Shown here: positions 54,934 to 64,000 of the stretch, piece by piece
Layout: each line of letters opens with the position of its first letter
How positions within the stretch are numbered: the stretch's first letter is position 1
Source: Polyangiaceae bacterium
Lineage (GTDB): Bacteria > Myxococcota_A > Polyangia > Polyangiales > Polyangiaceae
NCBI GenBank assembly: GCA_036263015.1
Contig: DATAHU010000213.1
Location: 7,683-71,682, forward strand
DNA length: 64,000 bases
Reading direction: 5' to 3'
Program-made: the position numbers and the translations under genes
Notes under the pieces: generated by a model
What the model saw: the letters and a program-made list of their open reading frames with translations, nothing else
The model's database searches: none
What the model was told of the DNA's origin: nothing

Positions 54934-57260
54934 GCGTTGACTCCGAGGGTTATGGGTGCTGTTTGTTCACTGGTTACGGCTTTGAAACGCTTGAGTCTGA
55001 GCGCGTTGCCGACGACGAAGACGCTGGAGAGCGCCATGGCCAGGCCGCCAAGCATCGGGGAGAGCAAGAGCCCGAACACCGGATACAGCGCGCCGGCCGC
55101 AAGCGGGATCAAGGCGGCGTTGTAGGCGAACGCCCAGAACAGGTTTTGTCGAATGTTGCGCAAAGTCGCGCGAGAGAGCGCAATCGCCGTCGGCAACGTC
55201 ATCAAATCGCTGCGCACGATCACGACGTCGGCGGCCTCGATCGCGATGTCCGTGCCAGTCCCCATCGCGATGCCCACATCGGCCTCTGCCAGCACCGGTG
55301 CGTCGTTGATCCCGTCACCGACGAAAGCGACTGCGCCGTATCGCGTGCGAAGTTCACGCAGCGCGTCGACTTTGCCGGCCGGCAACACTTGCGCCACGAC
55401 TTCTTCGATTCCGAGCTCTCTGGCGACACTTTGAGCCGTGGTCCGATTGTCACCAGTGATCAGCGCGACCTGGATGTTCATCCCTTGCAGTGCGCGAACC
55501 GTCGCTCTGGCCGCAGGGCGAACCGGATCCGAGACGGCAAACACCGCCGCTATCACGCCGTCGATGGCCGCGAGCAAGACCGTCTTTCCTTCTCTTTCGG
55601 CAGCGTCTACGTGTTCGCTCAGCGTGCCCAGAGCGATCTCCAACTCCTCGAACCAGCGTGGGGCTCCGACGGCAATGCGATGTCCATCGACCACGGCGCG
55701 TACGCCCTTGCCGACCAGGGTCTCGAAGTCGACGACCTCGCCGACCTTTGACACGTCATCAGACGCGGCTCTGACCAAGGCCTGCGCCACTGGATGTTGC
55801 GAGCGACTTTCGACGGCGCCCACATACGCCATCCCCTTTGCCTGTTCGAAGCCCGCCGACCAATGCGTCGCGACGAGCTCGGGGTGCCCCATCGTGAGCG
55901 TGCCGGTTTTGTCGAGTGCGATGACCTTCGCTTCCTGCAAGCGCTGCAGCGCCTCGCCGTGCCGAAACAACAGCCCGAGCTCAGCGCCCTTGCCGGTCCC
56001 CACCAGGATCGAAGTGGGCGTTGCTAGGCCCATCGCGCACGGGCAAGCGATGATCAACACGCTGACGGCGTTCACTAGAGCCAGTGATAAACTCGGCTCG
56101 GGGCCAAGCCACAGCCACAGCCCAAAGGTGAGCGCGGCGAGTCCGAGCACGACCGGAACGAACCACGCGGTCACCCGGTCGACCAAGGCTTGAATCGGCA
56201 ACTTCGTCGCTTGCGCACTCTGTACCATGCGCACGATCTGCGAGAGCAGCGTCTGCGTCCCCACCGCGGTCGCGCGCTGGGTTAGCGAGCCGAGTTGATT
56301 GACGGTGCCTGCGTGTAGCGGACTATCTTGTGTCTTGTGAACCGGCAATGGTTCGCCCGTCAACATCGATTCATCGACGTGGCTGTTGCCCTCGACGACC
56401 ACGCCGTCCACGGCGACGCGCGCTCCTGGCCGCACCAGCAAAAGGTCTCCCTTGCGCACCTCGCGCGTATTGAGCTCGACCCATTCGCCTTGACGTTGAA
56501 CGACGGCGACATCGGGTGACAGCGCGACCAACTGGGCGATGGCTTGCCCGGTTCGGCCTTTGGCTTTGGCCTCCAGATACCGGCCGAACAGGATCAGGCT
56601 GATCACGACCGACGCCGCTTCGTAGTAGATGCTGCGGGTTCCCTCCGGTAACCAAGAGCGCGCGGCGGTGGATACGAGTGAATAGCCGTATGCGCTGAGG
56701 GTGCCAAGGGCCACCAACGAATTCATGTCGGGGGCGAGCCGAAACAGTGCCTTGATGCCGTGCCCGAGCAGTTCTCGACCCGGCAGCGCGAGCACCAATG
56801 TCGTCAGCAACAGTTGAAGCAGCCAACTCGGTTCCTCGCCAACGTTGTGTAGCACCCAATGGTGAACGGAGGGGATCAAGTGCGCGCCCATCTCGAGTGC
56901 GAACACGGGCAGGCTCAATACAGCGGCCAGGATCGCCTTGCGTGCGGCCGTGCGCTCTTTCTCCGATTGCGCTTCGGCGCTTGCGCGAGCGCTGCCGCCC
57001 GACGATTCGACTTCTGGGGCGACGCCGTAGCCGGCGCGCTCCACGGCGTCGACCAGGGCTTGGCGCGTGACCGAAGCGGCCGCGTGCAAGTCGGCGCGTT
57101 CGGTGGCTAGGTTCACACGCACGTCGGTGACGCCCTCGACGCGCGATAGCACCCGTTCCACGCGACTGACACACGAGGCGCAGGTCATGCCCTCGATCTG
57201 CAACGACAGATCGTTGCCGAGGGGCTGGGGTGACTTGGTTTCGACTGTGCTGGCGGCCAT
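54930..57260 (-). CDS. copA: Copper-translocating P1B-type ATPase
   Basis: N-terminal HMA GMTCASCVSRV, TM CPC motif (IIACPCAMGLATP), phosphorylation site DKTGTLT, and hinge GDGINDAP. Confidence 0.95.
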   Translation of the reverse strand: MAASTVETKSPQPLGNDLSLQIEGMTCASCVSRVERVLSRVEGVTDVRVNLATERADLHAAASVTRQALVDAVERAGYGVAPEVESSGGSARASAEAQSEKERTAARKAILAAVLSLPVFALEMGAHLIPSVHHWVLHNVGEEPSWLLQLLLTTLVLALPGRELLGHGIKALFRLAPDMNSLVALGTLSAYGYSLVSTAARSWLPEGTRSIYYEAASVVISLILFGRYLEAKAKGRTGQAIAQLVALSPDVAVVQRQGEWVELNTREVRKGDLLLVRPGARVAVDGVVVEGNSHVDESMLTGEPLPVHKTQDSPLHAGTVNQLGSLTQRATAVGTQTLLSQIVRMVQSAQATKLPIQALVDRVTAWFVPVVLGLAALTFGLWLWLGPEPSLSLALVNAVSVLIIACPCAMGLATPTSILVGTGKGAELGLLFRHGEALQRLQEAKVIALDKTGTLTMGHPELVATHWSAGFEQAKGMAYVGAVESRSQHPVAQALVRAASDDVSKVGEVVDFETLVGKGVRAVVDGHRIAVGAPRWFEELEIALGTLSEHVDAAEREGKTVLLAAIDGVIAAVFAVSDPVRPAARATVRALQGMNIQVALITGDNRTTAQSVARELGIEEVVAQVLPAGKVDALRELRTRYGAVAFVGDGINDAPVLAEADVGIAMGTGTDIAIEAADVVIVRSDLMTLPTAIALSRATLRNIRQNLFWAFAYNAALIPLAAGALYPVFGLLLSPMLGGLAMALSSVFVVGNALRLKRFKAVTSEQTAPITLGVNA

Positions 57261-57266
57261 GGGTTA

Positions 57267-57297
57267 GGTCTAAGGCTTCCCACGATGGGAAGGTCAA
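57267..57297 (-). promoter_or_regulatory. MerR-type promoter with a CueR operator upstream of copA
   Basis: The minus strand reads TTGACC-ttcccatcgtgggaagcct-TAGACC. The -35/-10 spacer is 19 bp and contains the perfect inverted repeat CTTCCC-N5-GGGAAG (plus strand 57276..57292). The -10 element ends 6 nt before the copA ATG. Confidence 0.75.
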
Positions 57298-57532
57298 GTC
57301 GACCCAAGCGAAAATTCTGCCGGTTTCGTCGTTTGCGCCTCCAAAACCCGCTCTTCGTGCGGCGCAGGCACGGTCGTTTGCCGGCACTTGGCGGAAAGAG
57401 TGGGGCCGGGCCTACACAGAGCGGGCTCGAGCCGGCGCATCGGGACGGGTTACGAATGCGGCTCGTTCTCGGCACCACAAGGTCACTCAGAGTTCGGAAC
57501 GCCGCCACGCAGTGTGTGCAGAGAGTGTACGC

Positions 57533-58594
57533 GTGAACCCCACGGATCGCCGAACCGGAGTCGACACGCTTCGAATCGCGGGCATTGTCGTAGCCGTCGC
57601 CCTGTTGCTCGTCTGTTTGAGTCGCGTAGACTTGCAGCTCGTGAGCGCGCACTTAGTGGCGCGAGGTCCGATTCTGCTCTTGGCTTGGGTGCCGTTTCTT
57701 TTGGCGGCACTGCTCGACATTCAGGCGTTTCGCATCGTGGGCAAGCTACTTGGGGAGCGGCTCGGGTTTGCGGCGACTGCAACTGCGCACGTCGCAGGGG
57801 AAGCCGTGGCGATGAGTTTGCCGCTGGGAGTGATCTTCAGCGAATCACTGCGCACGTATCTGGCGACACAGCTCGGAAGTGCGCGCGGGCCAGCGATGGT
57901 TGCGGCGACTGCCGCGCGCAAGTACTTGTTGATCTCGAGCGAAGGCATCAGCGTGGGGCTCGGAGCGGCACTTGGCGGCGCATTGCTCGGGCGAACCTCC
58001 ACGGCGTTGTTCGGGACGCCGATCCTGCTTTGGCTGGCTTGGGGCATCGCCGCTCTGCTCTTGGTGTTGGCCGCGGGTTACGCCGTGCTCGTGCGCGGTG
58101 GAAGCGTCGCGCAGCGTTGTTTCGACCTCGCGCGCCGCCTCGCGGGGCAGCGCTTCGCTCCTCGTGTGGAGCGATTGCACTCCGCCTTCATTCAGACCGA
58201 TCTGGAGCTGAAGCATTTGTTCGAAGCGCCGCCTGGGCAATTGGTGCTGCCGAGCGCGATGTATCTCGGGGTTTGGCTGCTCGAAGCGGCCGAGACGTAC
58301 GTTGCCTTGCGTTTGCTCGGCGCGGACGTGCCTTGGCAAGCTGTTCTGTGCATCGAGAGCTTGCTGTCGTTCGTGCGCGCCATTGCCAGCGTGTTGCCGG
58401 CGGGTCTCGGAGTCCAAGATCTCGGCTATGCCCTGCTGCTTCAAGGCATGGGCGTCAGCGATTCGGCGAACGTGGGCGCCGCGTTCTGCGTGTTGAAGCG
58501 CGCCAAGGAGATCCTCTGGATGCTCACGGGTTACGGGGCATGGCTCGGTGCGCCGAGCGTCGCCCACCGCGCGCGTGCCGCACTGGCTTCTTGA
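57533..58594 (+). CDS. UPF0104 / lysylphosphatidylglycerol-synthase-TM-region-like (flippase-like) membrane protein
   Basis: GTG 57533 gives VNPTDRRTGVDTLRIAGIVVAVALLLV.... It has about 8 TM helices and the conserved late motif VLPAGLGVQDLGYALLL. The upstream part of the track ORF (57230..) is non-membrane, Arg-rich sequence. Confidence 0.7.
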   Translation: MNPTDRRTGVDTLRIAGIVVAVALLLVCLSRVDLQLVSAHLVARGPILLLAWVPFLLAALLDIQAFRIVGKLLGERLGFAATATAHVAGEAVAMSLPLGVIFSESLRTYLATQLGSARGPAMVAATAARKYLLISSEGISVGLGAALGGALLGRTSTALFGTPILLWLAWGIAALLLVLAAGYAVLVRGGSVAQRCFDLARRLAGQRFAPRVERLHSAFIQTDLELKHLFEAPPGQLVLPSAMYLGVWLLEAAETYVALRLLGADVPWQAVLCIESLLSFVRAIASVLPAGLGVQDLGYALLLQGMGVSDSANVGAAFCVLKRAKEILWMLTGYGAWLGAPSVAHRARAALAS

Positions 58595-58654
58595 GCGTGC
58601 CGTGGGTGGCTCACGCGCTTGTATTGCACCGAGCGCTGATCTATCGAGGTCGTG

Positions 58655-59500
58655 ATGTACAAGCACACCCTGCACGCGACGCATCCGGACATGATGAAGG
58701 GGGCAGACAACGCCGCGCTCGCTGCGCGTTACGTCGTCTCCGATATCTTCAGCACCGGCCAAGTGAACTTGACGTATGCGCACGTGGAGCGCTTCGTGAT
58801 TGGCGGCGCGATGCCGCTGAACATGCCCATTGCGTTGCCCTCACAGCACAACGGCGCGCCGCTGCTCGAGCGGCGTGAACTCGGCATCGTCAACGTCGGG
58901 GGGCGTGGTCGCGTGATCGTCGATGGTCGCGCCTTCGAGCTGCAGCCGCGCGATTGCTTGTACGTCCCGATGGGCTCGGTCGACATCAGTTTCGAATCGA
59001 CTTCGGAAGACGTTGGGCTGGGAGGAACCCCCGCAAAGTTCTATCTCGTCAGCACGCCTGCCCACGCCCGTTACGAGGCGACTCAGATTTCGGTTCAGAA
59101 CGCCGTGCCTCTGGAGCGAGGTGCGCTCGAGACCTCCAACGAACGCACGATCTATCAATTCATCGTTCCCAGCGTGTGCAAGTCCGCCCAGCTGCTCCTG
59201 GGCATGACATTGCTCAAACCCGGTAGCGTTTGGAACACCATGCCGCCGCACCTGCACGATCGCCGTTCCGAGGTCTATTTCTACTTCGATCTGGCTCCGA
59301 GCGATCGCGTCTTTCATTTCATGGGCGAACCAGACGAAGTTCGCCAAATCCCGATGGCCAACGAGCAAGCGGTGATTTCACCGCCTTGGTCGATCCACAT
59401 GGGCGCCGGTACCAAGAGTTATGGCTTCGTCTGGGCGATGGCAGGCGAAAACCAAGACTACACGGACATGAACGTCTTGGACCTCTGCCAGCTCCGCTAG
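58655..59500 (+). CDS. kduI: 5-dehydro-4-deoxy-D-glucuronate isomerase
   Basis: There is full-length similarity to E. coli KduI as I recall it: [69 protein letters not shown]. Confidence 0.9.
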   Translation: MYKHTLHATHPDMMKGADNAALAARYVVSDIFSTGQVNLTYAHVERFVIGGAMPLNMPIALPSQHNGAPLLERRELGIVNVGGRGRVIVDGRAFELQPRDCLYVPMGSVDISFESTSEDVGLGGTPAKFYLVSTPAHARYEATQISVQNAVPLERGALETSNERTIYQFIVPSVCKSAQLLLGMTLLKPGSVWNTMPPHLHDRRSEVYFYFDLAPSDRVFHFMGEPDEVRQIPMANEQAVISPPWSIHMGAGTKSYGFVWAMAGENQDYTDMNVLDLCQLR

Positions 59501-59503
59501 CAG

Positions 59504-59656
59504 CCTGTGGCAAAAGTCTCCCGTCACCAGCAGGGCGGGGCGCACGCATCTGCGTTGTCGGCTCTCCCCTCGAATAGCAGCAGTATTCTTAGGGTTCGCT
59601 CGTAGCATCTACGCACGCCGCGCTCCCGCTGAACTCGGTCCGACTTTCGCCACAGG
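59504..59656 (+). ncRNA. Candidate structured RNA element (unclassified), closed by a long-range helix
   Basis: 59504-59518 (CCUGUGGCAAAAGUC) pairs 14/15 with 59642-59656 (GACUUUCGCCACAGG). A nested helix pairs 59528-59543 with 59620-59631. Three internal hairpins lie at 59544-59555, 59567-59594 and 59601-59613. GC is locally lower, there is no ORF, and a terminator follows directly. Confidence 0.35.
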
Positions 59657-59673
59657 CGGCTAGCAGCGCTGCA

Positions 59674-59708
59674 GTGCCGGCCGTTTACTTACGGCCGGCA
59701 CTTTTTTT
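59674..59708 (+). terminator. Rho-independent terminator
   Basis: The perfect 11-bp stem gtgccggccgt / acggccggcac has a 6-nt loop (ttactt) and is followed by ttttttt (59702-59708). It is the only hairpin-plus-T7 structure I found in the window. Confidence 0.8.
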
Positions 59709-59883
59709 GGCTTCGCATATGACAGATTCGGACAGGCAGGGGCGCTTCTGTAGCACGGAAAGTAACGGGCGGTCATAGACAGGGACGCCCGAGTCGGACA
59801 GATTGGGAGCTGGGCAGCGCGAGCTCGAGCGCGCCGCTCGCTCAAACGTTCTCAATCTTGTCTTCCGTCCAAGGAGCTCGACC

Positions 59884-61563
59884 ATGCTTCGACCCCGCCC
59901 GATCACGCCCTCCCGCTCCGTTTCAAGACTCGCCACCCGCCAAACTGCATCTCACATCCGTCTCGTGCTCGGTGTTGCGCTAGCGTCGCTAGCGTGCGCG
60001 TGCGGAGCGGAGGAAATGGACGGCAGTAGCGTCGGCGTCGCGACGCCCATGCGTCCCTACGAAACCCCGATGGCCCAGCCCGCGCCTTCGGCGCAGCCCA
60101 CGTCTCAGACCAGTACTCAACAACCGGACGTCGCCAGTGTCGATGAACAGGACACCGAGCAAGCACCGCTGGGCGGCACCTTCGAGCGCACCACCGCCGA
60201 TGCGTTCTCTACGTTCGCTGCCGATGTCGATACCGCGAGCTACGACGTGTTTCGTTCCACGCTCAGCAATCTCGGCGCATTGCCGCCAGCGAGCTATGTG
60301 CGGCCCGAAGAGTTCATCAATTCGTTCGACTACGGCTACGCAGCGCCCACGCGCAATGACGAGCATCCGTTTCGCATCAATCTGCAAGCGAGCCAGCAGC
60401 TGTTGGGCAATGAGCTCACGCACTTGCGGATCGGGATCCAAGCTGTGCCGCGTTCGCAATTCGAAAAGAAGGACGTGAACTTGGCGTTCTTGGTCGACAC
60501 CAGCGGCAGCATGCAAGATCCGACCAAATTGCCGCTCGTCAAAGAGTTGTTGCTCGACACGCTCGACGAATTGGCGCCGGACGATCGTGTCGCGCTGGTC
60601 ACCTACGCTGGCAGCACGCGCGTCGCCCTAGAGTCGACTCGCGTTTCCGATCGCGACGCCATCGAGGCTGCGATCGACGATCTATATGCCGCAGGCAGCA
60701 CCAACGGAGCCGGTGGACTCGAGCTCGCGTATCAACAAGTCCAAGACCGCTTCGTGGCTGGCGGCATCAATCATGTCATCCTGTGCACCGATGGAGACTT
60801 CAACGTCGGCCCTTCGACGACCGATGAACTCGTCAGTCTGATCGAAAACGAGCGCGACTCCGGCATCACGCTCACCGTCGTCGGTTTCGGTACCGGCCTG
60901 AACGATGCGATGATGGAGGCCATCAGCGACAAGGGCAACGGCGTCTACGGCGCGGTGGCCACGCCCGAACAAGCTCAAGAGTACGCGCACGAGCGCATGC
61001 TCTCGAACTTGCAGCTCATCGCGAAGGACTTGAAGATCCAGGTCGAGTTCAACCCAGAGTTGGTTTACGCCTACCGCCTGGTTGGATACGAGGATCGGTT
61101 GCTTGCCGATGAGCAATTCTTGGACAACCGTGCCGACGCGGGCGAGGTGGGAGACGGGCACCGCGTGACCGCGATCTACGAGCTGGCGCTTTCAAAGGCA
61201 GAGCTCCCCGATGATGCCGGCTTGGTCGAGGGGGTCGAACCAGATCTCGTGCATCAAGTAGCGGCTCAGGATCTCGTGCGCGTCGCCGTGCGCTACAAGG
61301 ACATGGACGCCGCGGCCAGCGATCCTTCATACGAAGTCAGTGAATCTCTGGCGGCAGCCGACATCGGGCAGGCCGACGTGGACTTGCAATGGGCTGTGGC
61401 CGTTGCCGACTTCGCCGAGGTGTTGCGTTTACCCGAAGCAGCAACCAAGTCACGCTTGAACGCGATTGACGAATTGGTTCGACCGCAAGCCAGCCGCGAC
61501 AATGCCCGCGCCGAATTCGTTTCGATGTTCGACAGTGCTCGCTCGCTGATCGAGTCTCGCTAG
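59884..61563 (+). CDS. von Willebrand factor type A domain protein (YfbK-like, vWA plus C-terminal DUF3520-like region)
   Basis: SD AGGAG lies 7 nt before ATG 59884. N-terminal block FSTFAADVDTASYDVFRSTL...VRPEEFINSFDY. MIDAS FLVDTSGSMQD. C-terminal conserved tail. Confidence 0.8.
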   Translation: MLRPRPITPSRSVSRLATRQTASHIRLVLGVALASLACACGAEEMDGSSVGVATPMRPYETPMAQPAPSAQPTSQTSTQQPDVASVDEQDTEQAPLGGTFERTTADAFSTFAADVDTASYDVFRSTLSNLGALPPASYVRPEEFINSFDYGYAAPTRNDEHPFRINLQASQQLLGNELTHLRIGIQAVPRSQFEKKDVNLAFLVDTSGSMQDPTKLPLVKELLLDTLDELAPDDRVALVTYAGSTRVALESTRVSDRDAIEAAIDDLYAAGSTNGAGGLELAYQQVQDRFVAGGINHVILCTDGDFNVGPSTTDELVSLIENERDSGITLTVVGFGTGLNDAMMEAISDKGNGVYGAVATPEQAQEYAHERMLSNLQLIAKDLKIQVEFNPELVYAYRLVGYEDRLLADEQFLDNRADAGEVGDGHRVTAIYELALSKAELPDDAGLVEGVEPDLVHQVAAQDLVRVAVRYKDMDAAASDPSYEVSESLAAADIGQADVDLQWAVAVADFAEVLRLPEAATKSRLNAIDELVRPQASRDNARAEFVSMFDSARSLIESR

Positions 61564-61594
61564 ATCCCAGAACTGTGAGTCGAACAGTAGAAGT

Positions 61595-62548
61595 CTAAGT
61601 CTGTGGGATGCGCAGCACGATCTTGCCGCGCATCCCACCGGCCTCGATCTTGCGGTGGGCGTCGGCCACCGCTTCGAGCGGCATCACACTGTCGATCAAC
61701 GGCCGCACTTGGCCACGCGCCGCCAGCACGCTCAGCGCTTTGATCTTGGGTCCCGTGCGCTCCATGAAGCCGAAATACAATGACTGATTGCGCATCATCA
61801 ACGCGTTCACATCGCCGTCGACTCGGACGATGGTCGCGATCTTGCCGAAGGGGCGCACGCAGCGGCTACTGCGCACCACGGTGTCTCCTCCCACGGTATC
61901 GAACGCGGCGTCCACGCCACGGCCCTCCGTCAAACGATTGACCTCGTCTTCGAACGGGGTGGTTCGATAGTCGATCACTTCGTCGGCGCCAAGTGAACGA
62001 ATCAAGGCCGCGTTTTCGGGGCGTCCCGTGGCCAGCACCCGTGCACCCGCGGCTTTGGCGAGTTGAACGGCGTAAGCCCCCACGCCGCCAGCGCCCGCGT
62101 GCACGAGCACCGTGTCTCCGAGTTTGGTTTCGAAGGACGTGACGATCGCGTCGTAGGCCGTCATCGCTGCCAAGGGCAGAGCGGCGGCCTCCTCGAAGCT
62201 CAACTTGGGCGGCTTCTTGGCGACGATCTCGGCGTCCTCGACGTGATACTGCGCGTAGGTGCCCTGCCGACCGAAGATGCGCGCGCTGTAGAAGACTTCG
62301 TCACCTGGCGCCAAGTCCGTGACGAGCGGACCGACCGTTTCGATCACGCCCGCGCCGTCGTAGCCGAGGATGGCGGGCATCGGGATCCCAGCCCACGAAC
62401 CCGCTTGTCGAATCTTGTAGTCCACAGGATTAACGGAGGTCGCCGCTAACTTCACGAGAACTTGGGTGGGCCCCGGACCAGGCTTCGGCAGGTCTGCCGC
62501 TTCGAAACGTTCCGGTCCACCGAATTCCCGAATGATCATGGCCTTCAT
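61595..62548 (-). CDS. Zinc-type alcohol dehydrogenase / NADPH:quinone oxidoreductase (MDR superfamily)
   Basis: ATG 62548 gives MKAMIIREFGGPERFE.... LGYDGAGVIETVG is present, with NAD(P) motif VHAGAGGVGAYAVQLAK. The track ORF's 66-codon upstream extension is unlikely. Confidence 0.85.
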   Translation of the reverse strand: MKAMIIREFGGPERFEAADLPKPGPGPTQVLVKLAATSVNPVDYKIRQAGSWAGIPMPAILGYDGAGVIETVGPLVTDLAPGDEVFYSARIFGRQGTYAQYHVEDAEIVAKKPPKLSFEEAAALPLAAMTAYDAIVTSFETKLGDTVLVHAGAGGVGAYAVQLAKAAGARVLATGRPENAALIRSLGADEVIDYRTTPFEDEVNRLTEGRGVDAAFDTVGGDTVVRSSRCVRPFGKIATIVRVDGDVNALMMRNQSLYFGFMERTGPKIKALSVLAARGQVRPLIDSVMPLEAVADAHRKIEAGGMRGKIVLRIPQT

Positions 62549-62650
62549 GGTTTTGTCTCCGCTACAGGGAAGCGTGGTCATCTGCTTTGAGCAGCGCAGG
62601 CCCTCCCGCAAGCCTTGCTCGTTTGCTGCAACGCTTCCATCATTGCGCAC

Positions 62651-63805
62651 GTGTCCCCTGCTGTCACCTTTGCTCTGTTGATCGTCGTCACAATTGCGTG
62701 CACGCGCATCCCGGCCGAGGCAGCGCGCCCCAGTGACGTCACGCAAGCGCCGTTCACGGCCAGCGCGTCGTCCGCGAGTCGGCCCTTACCGAGCGCAGCG
62801 TCGCAGGCGCCCGCGCCGTCCACCGCGATCCCCGTCGCGAACGCGCAGGCAAACGTTTCCGGTAGCAGAGCGGGCGATTGGGGAGCACCGCCCTCTGAAG
62901 TTCACCCAGCGAGCGTCGTCAACGGCGCGTGCCGTTTCGATCCCGACGCCCCAATCGCTGGCAAAGCCGAAGGCTGGTTCGTACTGCTCAGTGACGGCAG
63001 TCGCGTGGTGCAGACCGAGTGGGTGGAGAGAGGCCCCGACGGCCCGCGTGTGATCGGCGCCGTGTCCGCGCCGGTGCTCAGCTTCCAAGGCGGCGTTTAC
63101 TTGGCAAAGCAAGAGCACTCCGAGGTGGCGACGCAGGGTTGTGAAGATTTGGTGCCCGGTTCCAAAGGTTCTTCGCGAGTCGAGCACTTGGTGCTGGAGC
63201 GGCTCGACGCCGAGGGAAGAATCGAGCCAACCGGGCCCGAGCAGCCCACTGAAGTTCCCGACGGACAACGCGAGACTTTCGTGAGCGGGCTGTTGGGAGC
63301 CAACCTATTCGTCCGCGCCGAAGACTATTCCTACGCGTGTGGCGCGCACGGAGGCCTCGCGATCGAAGTGCGCAGCATCGCCCTGGACGGCAAGGTCAGC
63401 GCAAAGGTCACGGTGCCGCCGGCCGTCAAAGCCGAGGCGAAGGAACAACTGCGCGCCTACTATGCCGCGAACGACATCGACTATCCCCTGCAGGTGCACT
63501 TCGAGACGGCGCTGCCCGAATACGTCGAAGGCGTGCTGCGCACTTCGTTCGTGTTCACAGGAGCCACCGACTACGCAGACAGTTCTTGGAGCTCGTACCA
63601 GCACGCAGTGTTTGTCGATGGCGCGGCACCCGCGGCCTGGTCGCGCTGGAGGAGGTTACCGGATCTGGCGAGTGCGTTGATCTGTGAAGCGGAGGTCGAT
63701 GCCGACGCTCCCCAATCATCCGGAAAGCTGAAACTCGCCGGGTTCTCCTTGGCGCCGCAAGAAAAAGACGCTCCCGCGAAACTCGTTGCTTTGTTTCACA
63801 AGTGA
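62651..63805 (+). CDS. Hypothetical secreted lipoprotein
   Basis: A possible GTG start at 62651 gives VSPAVTFALLIVVTIAC (lipobox-like). I recognise no family. The coding call rests on ORF length and GC3 pattern only. Confidence 0.5.
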   Translation: MSPAVTFALLIVVTIACTRIPAEAARPSDVTQAPFTASASSASRPLPSAASQAPAPSTAIPVANAQANVSGSRAGDWGAPPSEVHPASVVNGACRFDPDAPIAGKAEGWFVLLSDGSRVVQTEWVERGPDGPRVIGAVSAPVLSFQGGVYLAKQEHSEVATQGCEDLVPGSKGSSRVEHLVLERLDAEGRIEPTGPEQPTEVPDGQRETFVSGLLGANLFVRAEDYSYACGAHGGLAIEVRSIALDGKVSAKVTVPPAVKAEAKEQLRAYYAANDIDYPLQVHFETALPEYVEGVLRTSFVFTGATDYADSSWSSYQHAVFVDGAAPAAWSRWRRLPDLASALICEAEVDADAPQSSGKLKLAGFSLAPQEKDAPAKLVALFHK

Positions 63806-64000
63806 CCGCTGCAGTTGCAGTTCCTCCCAGAGCTTGTGCAATGGGCCAACCTTGCCGATGGTGAGACGATGGGCCAGGCACATTGTGCCCGGACGGTGAA
63901 CGCCAACCGAAGCAAGGAGGCGGCAGAAGGCAGACGAAGCTGGATTTGAAAGCGCCCTGATGTTAGCTGTCACGGCGACAATCTTCTCTTCGTTGCTTTG

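Noticed and set aside
57388-58878. A 496-aa plus-strand ORF and a 312-aa minus-strand ORF (57845..58783) overlapping the UPF0104 gene.
   Set aside because: The translations are extremely Arg-rich with no TM segments or motifs. The 57533..58594 frame encodes a coherent 8-TM protein.
59721-59804. Repeated GACAGATT / CGGACAG strings upstream of the vWA gene.
   Set aside because: These are only 7-8-nt matches, within chance expectation for this length.
1-64000. A search by eye for mobile elements, prophage genes, CRISPR arrays, toxin-antitoxin pairs and known defence-system genes.
   Set aside because: I recognised no transposase, integrase, recombinase, Cas, nuclease-helicase or phage structural motifs. 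The only repeats are the short ones listed, and none has CRISPR-like regular spacing.

Overview
This is a high-GC bacterial chromosomal window (mid-60s % GC by eye, not computed). The gene content looks Myxococcota-like: eukaryotic-type Ser/Thr kinases, a kinase-fused sigma54 activator, many Cys-rich lipoproteins and FG-GAP proteins. I call about 47 protein-coding genes. They are tightly packed, with frequent ATGA/GTGA start-stop overlaps. I saw no rRNA, tRNA, CRISPR array, transposase or integrase.

Recognisable blocks, in order:
- Kinase-TPR-GAF-sigma54 activator fusion, a small acidic ORF and cdsA (0.1-5.6 kb).
- A large lipoprotein, then an NmrA-like gene divergent from a LysR regulator (5.6-9.9 kb).
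- A DUF2339/DUF3999 membrane pair (9.9-14.4 kb).
- A sigma28-family sigma factor preceded by a near-consensus sigma54 promoter, and a LysM/M15 peptidase (14.6-17.2 kb).
- pilMNOPQ (17.3-22.8 kb).
- A co-directional block of Ser/Thr kinase, TPR/PEGA protein, 4x Cys-rich lipoprotein, exosortase-CPBP fusion and a 72-codon sorting-tail ORF (22.8-28.9 kb).
- A Mo-oxidoreductase and xylFGH (29-34.2 kb).
- An accessory-looking stretch of secreted proteins with two paralogous 333-aa HTH regulators: CotH, acyltransferase, Cys-rich protein, alpha/beta hydrolase and two FG-GAP paralogs (37.8-50.5 kb).
- An orphan FkbH-ACP-formyltransferase-like trio (50.5-54.2 kb).
- copA-cueR-copZ with a clear MerR-type operator (54.3-57.3 kb).
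- kduI, followed by a candidate structured RNA ending in the only canonical intrinsic terminator in the window (58.7-59.7 kb).
- A vWA protein, a quinone oxidoreductase and a hypothetical lipoprotein (59.9-63.8 kb).

The most interesting candidate is the exosortase/CPBP fusion with its minimal substrate. Next come the structured RNA, the sigma54-to-sigma-factor cascade and the orphan FkbH/ACP module.

All family assignments come from motif recognition by eye. No searches were run.
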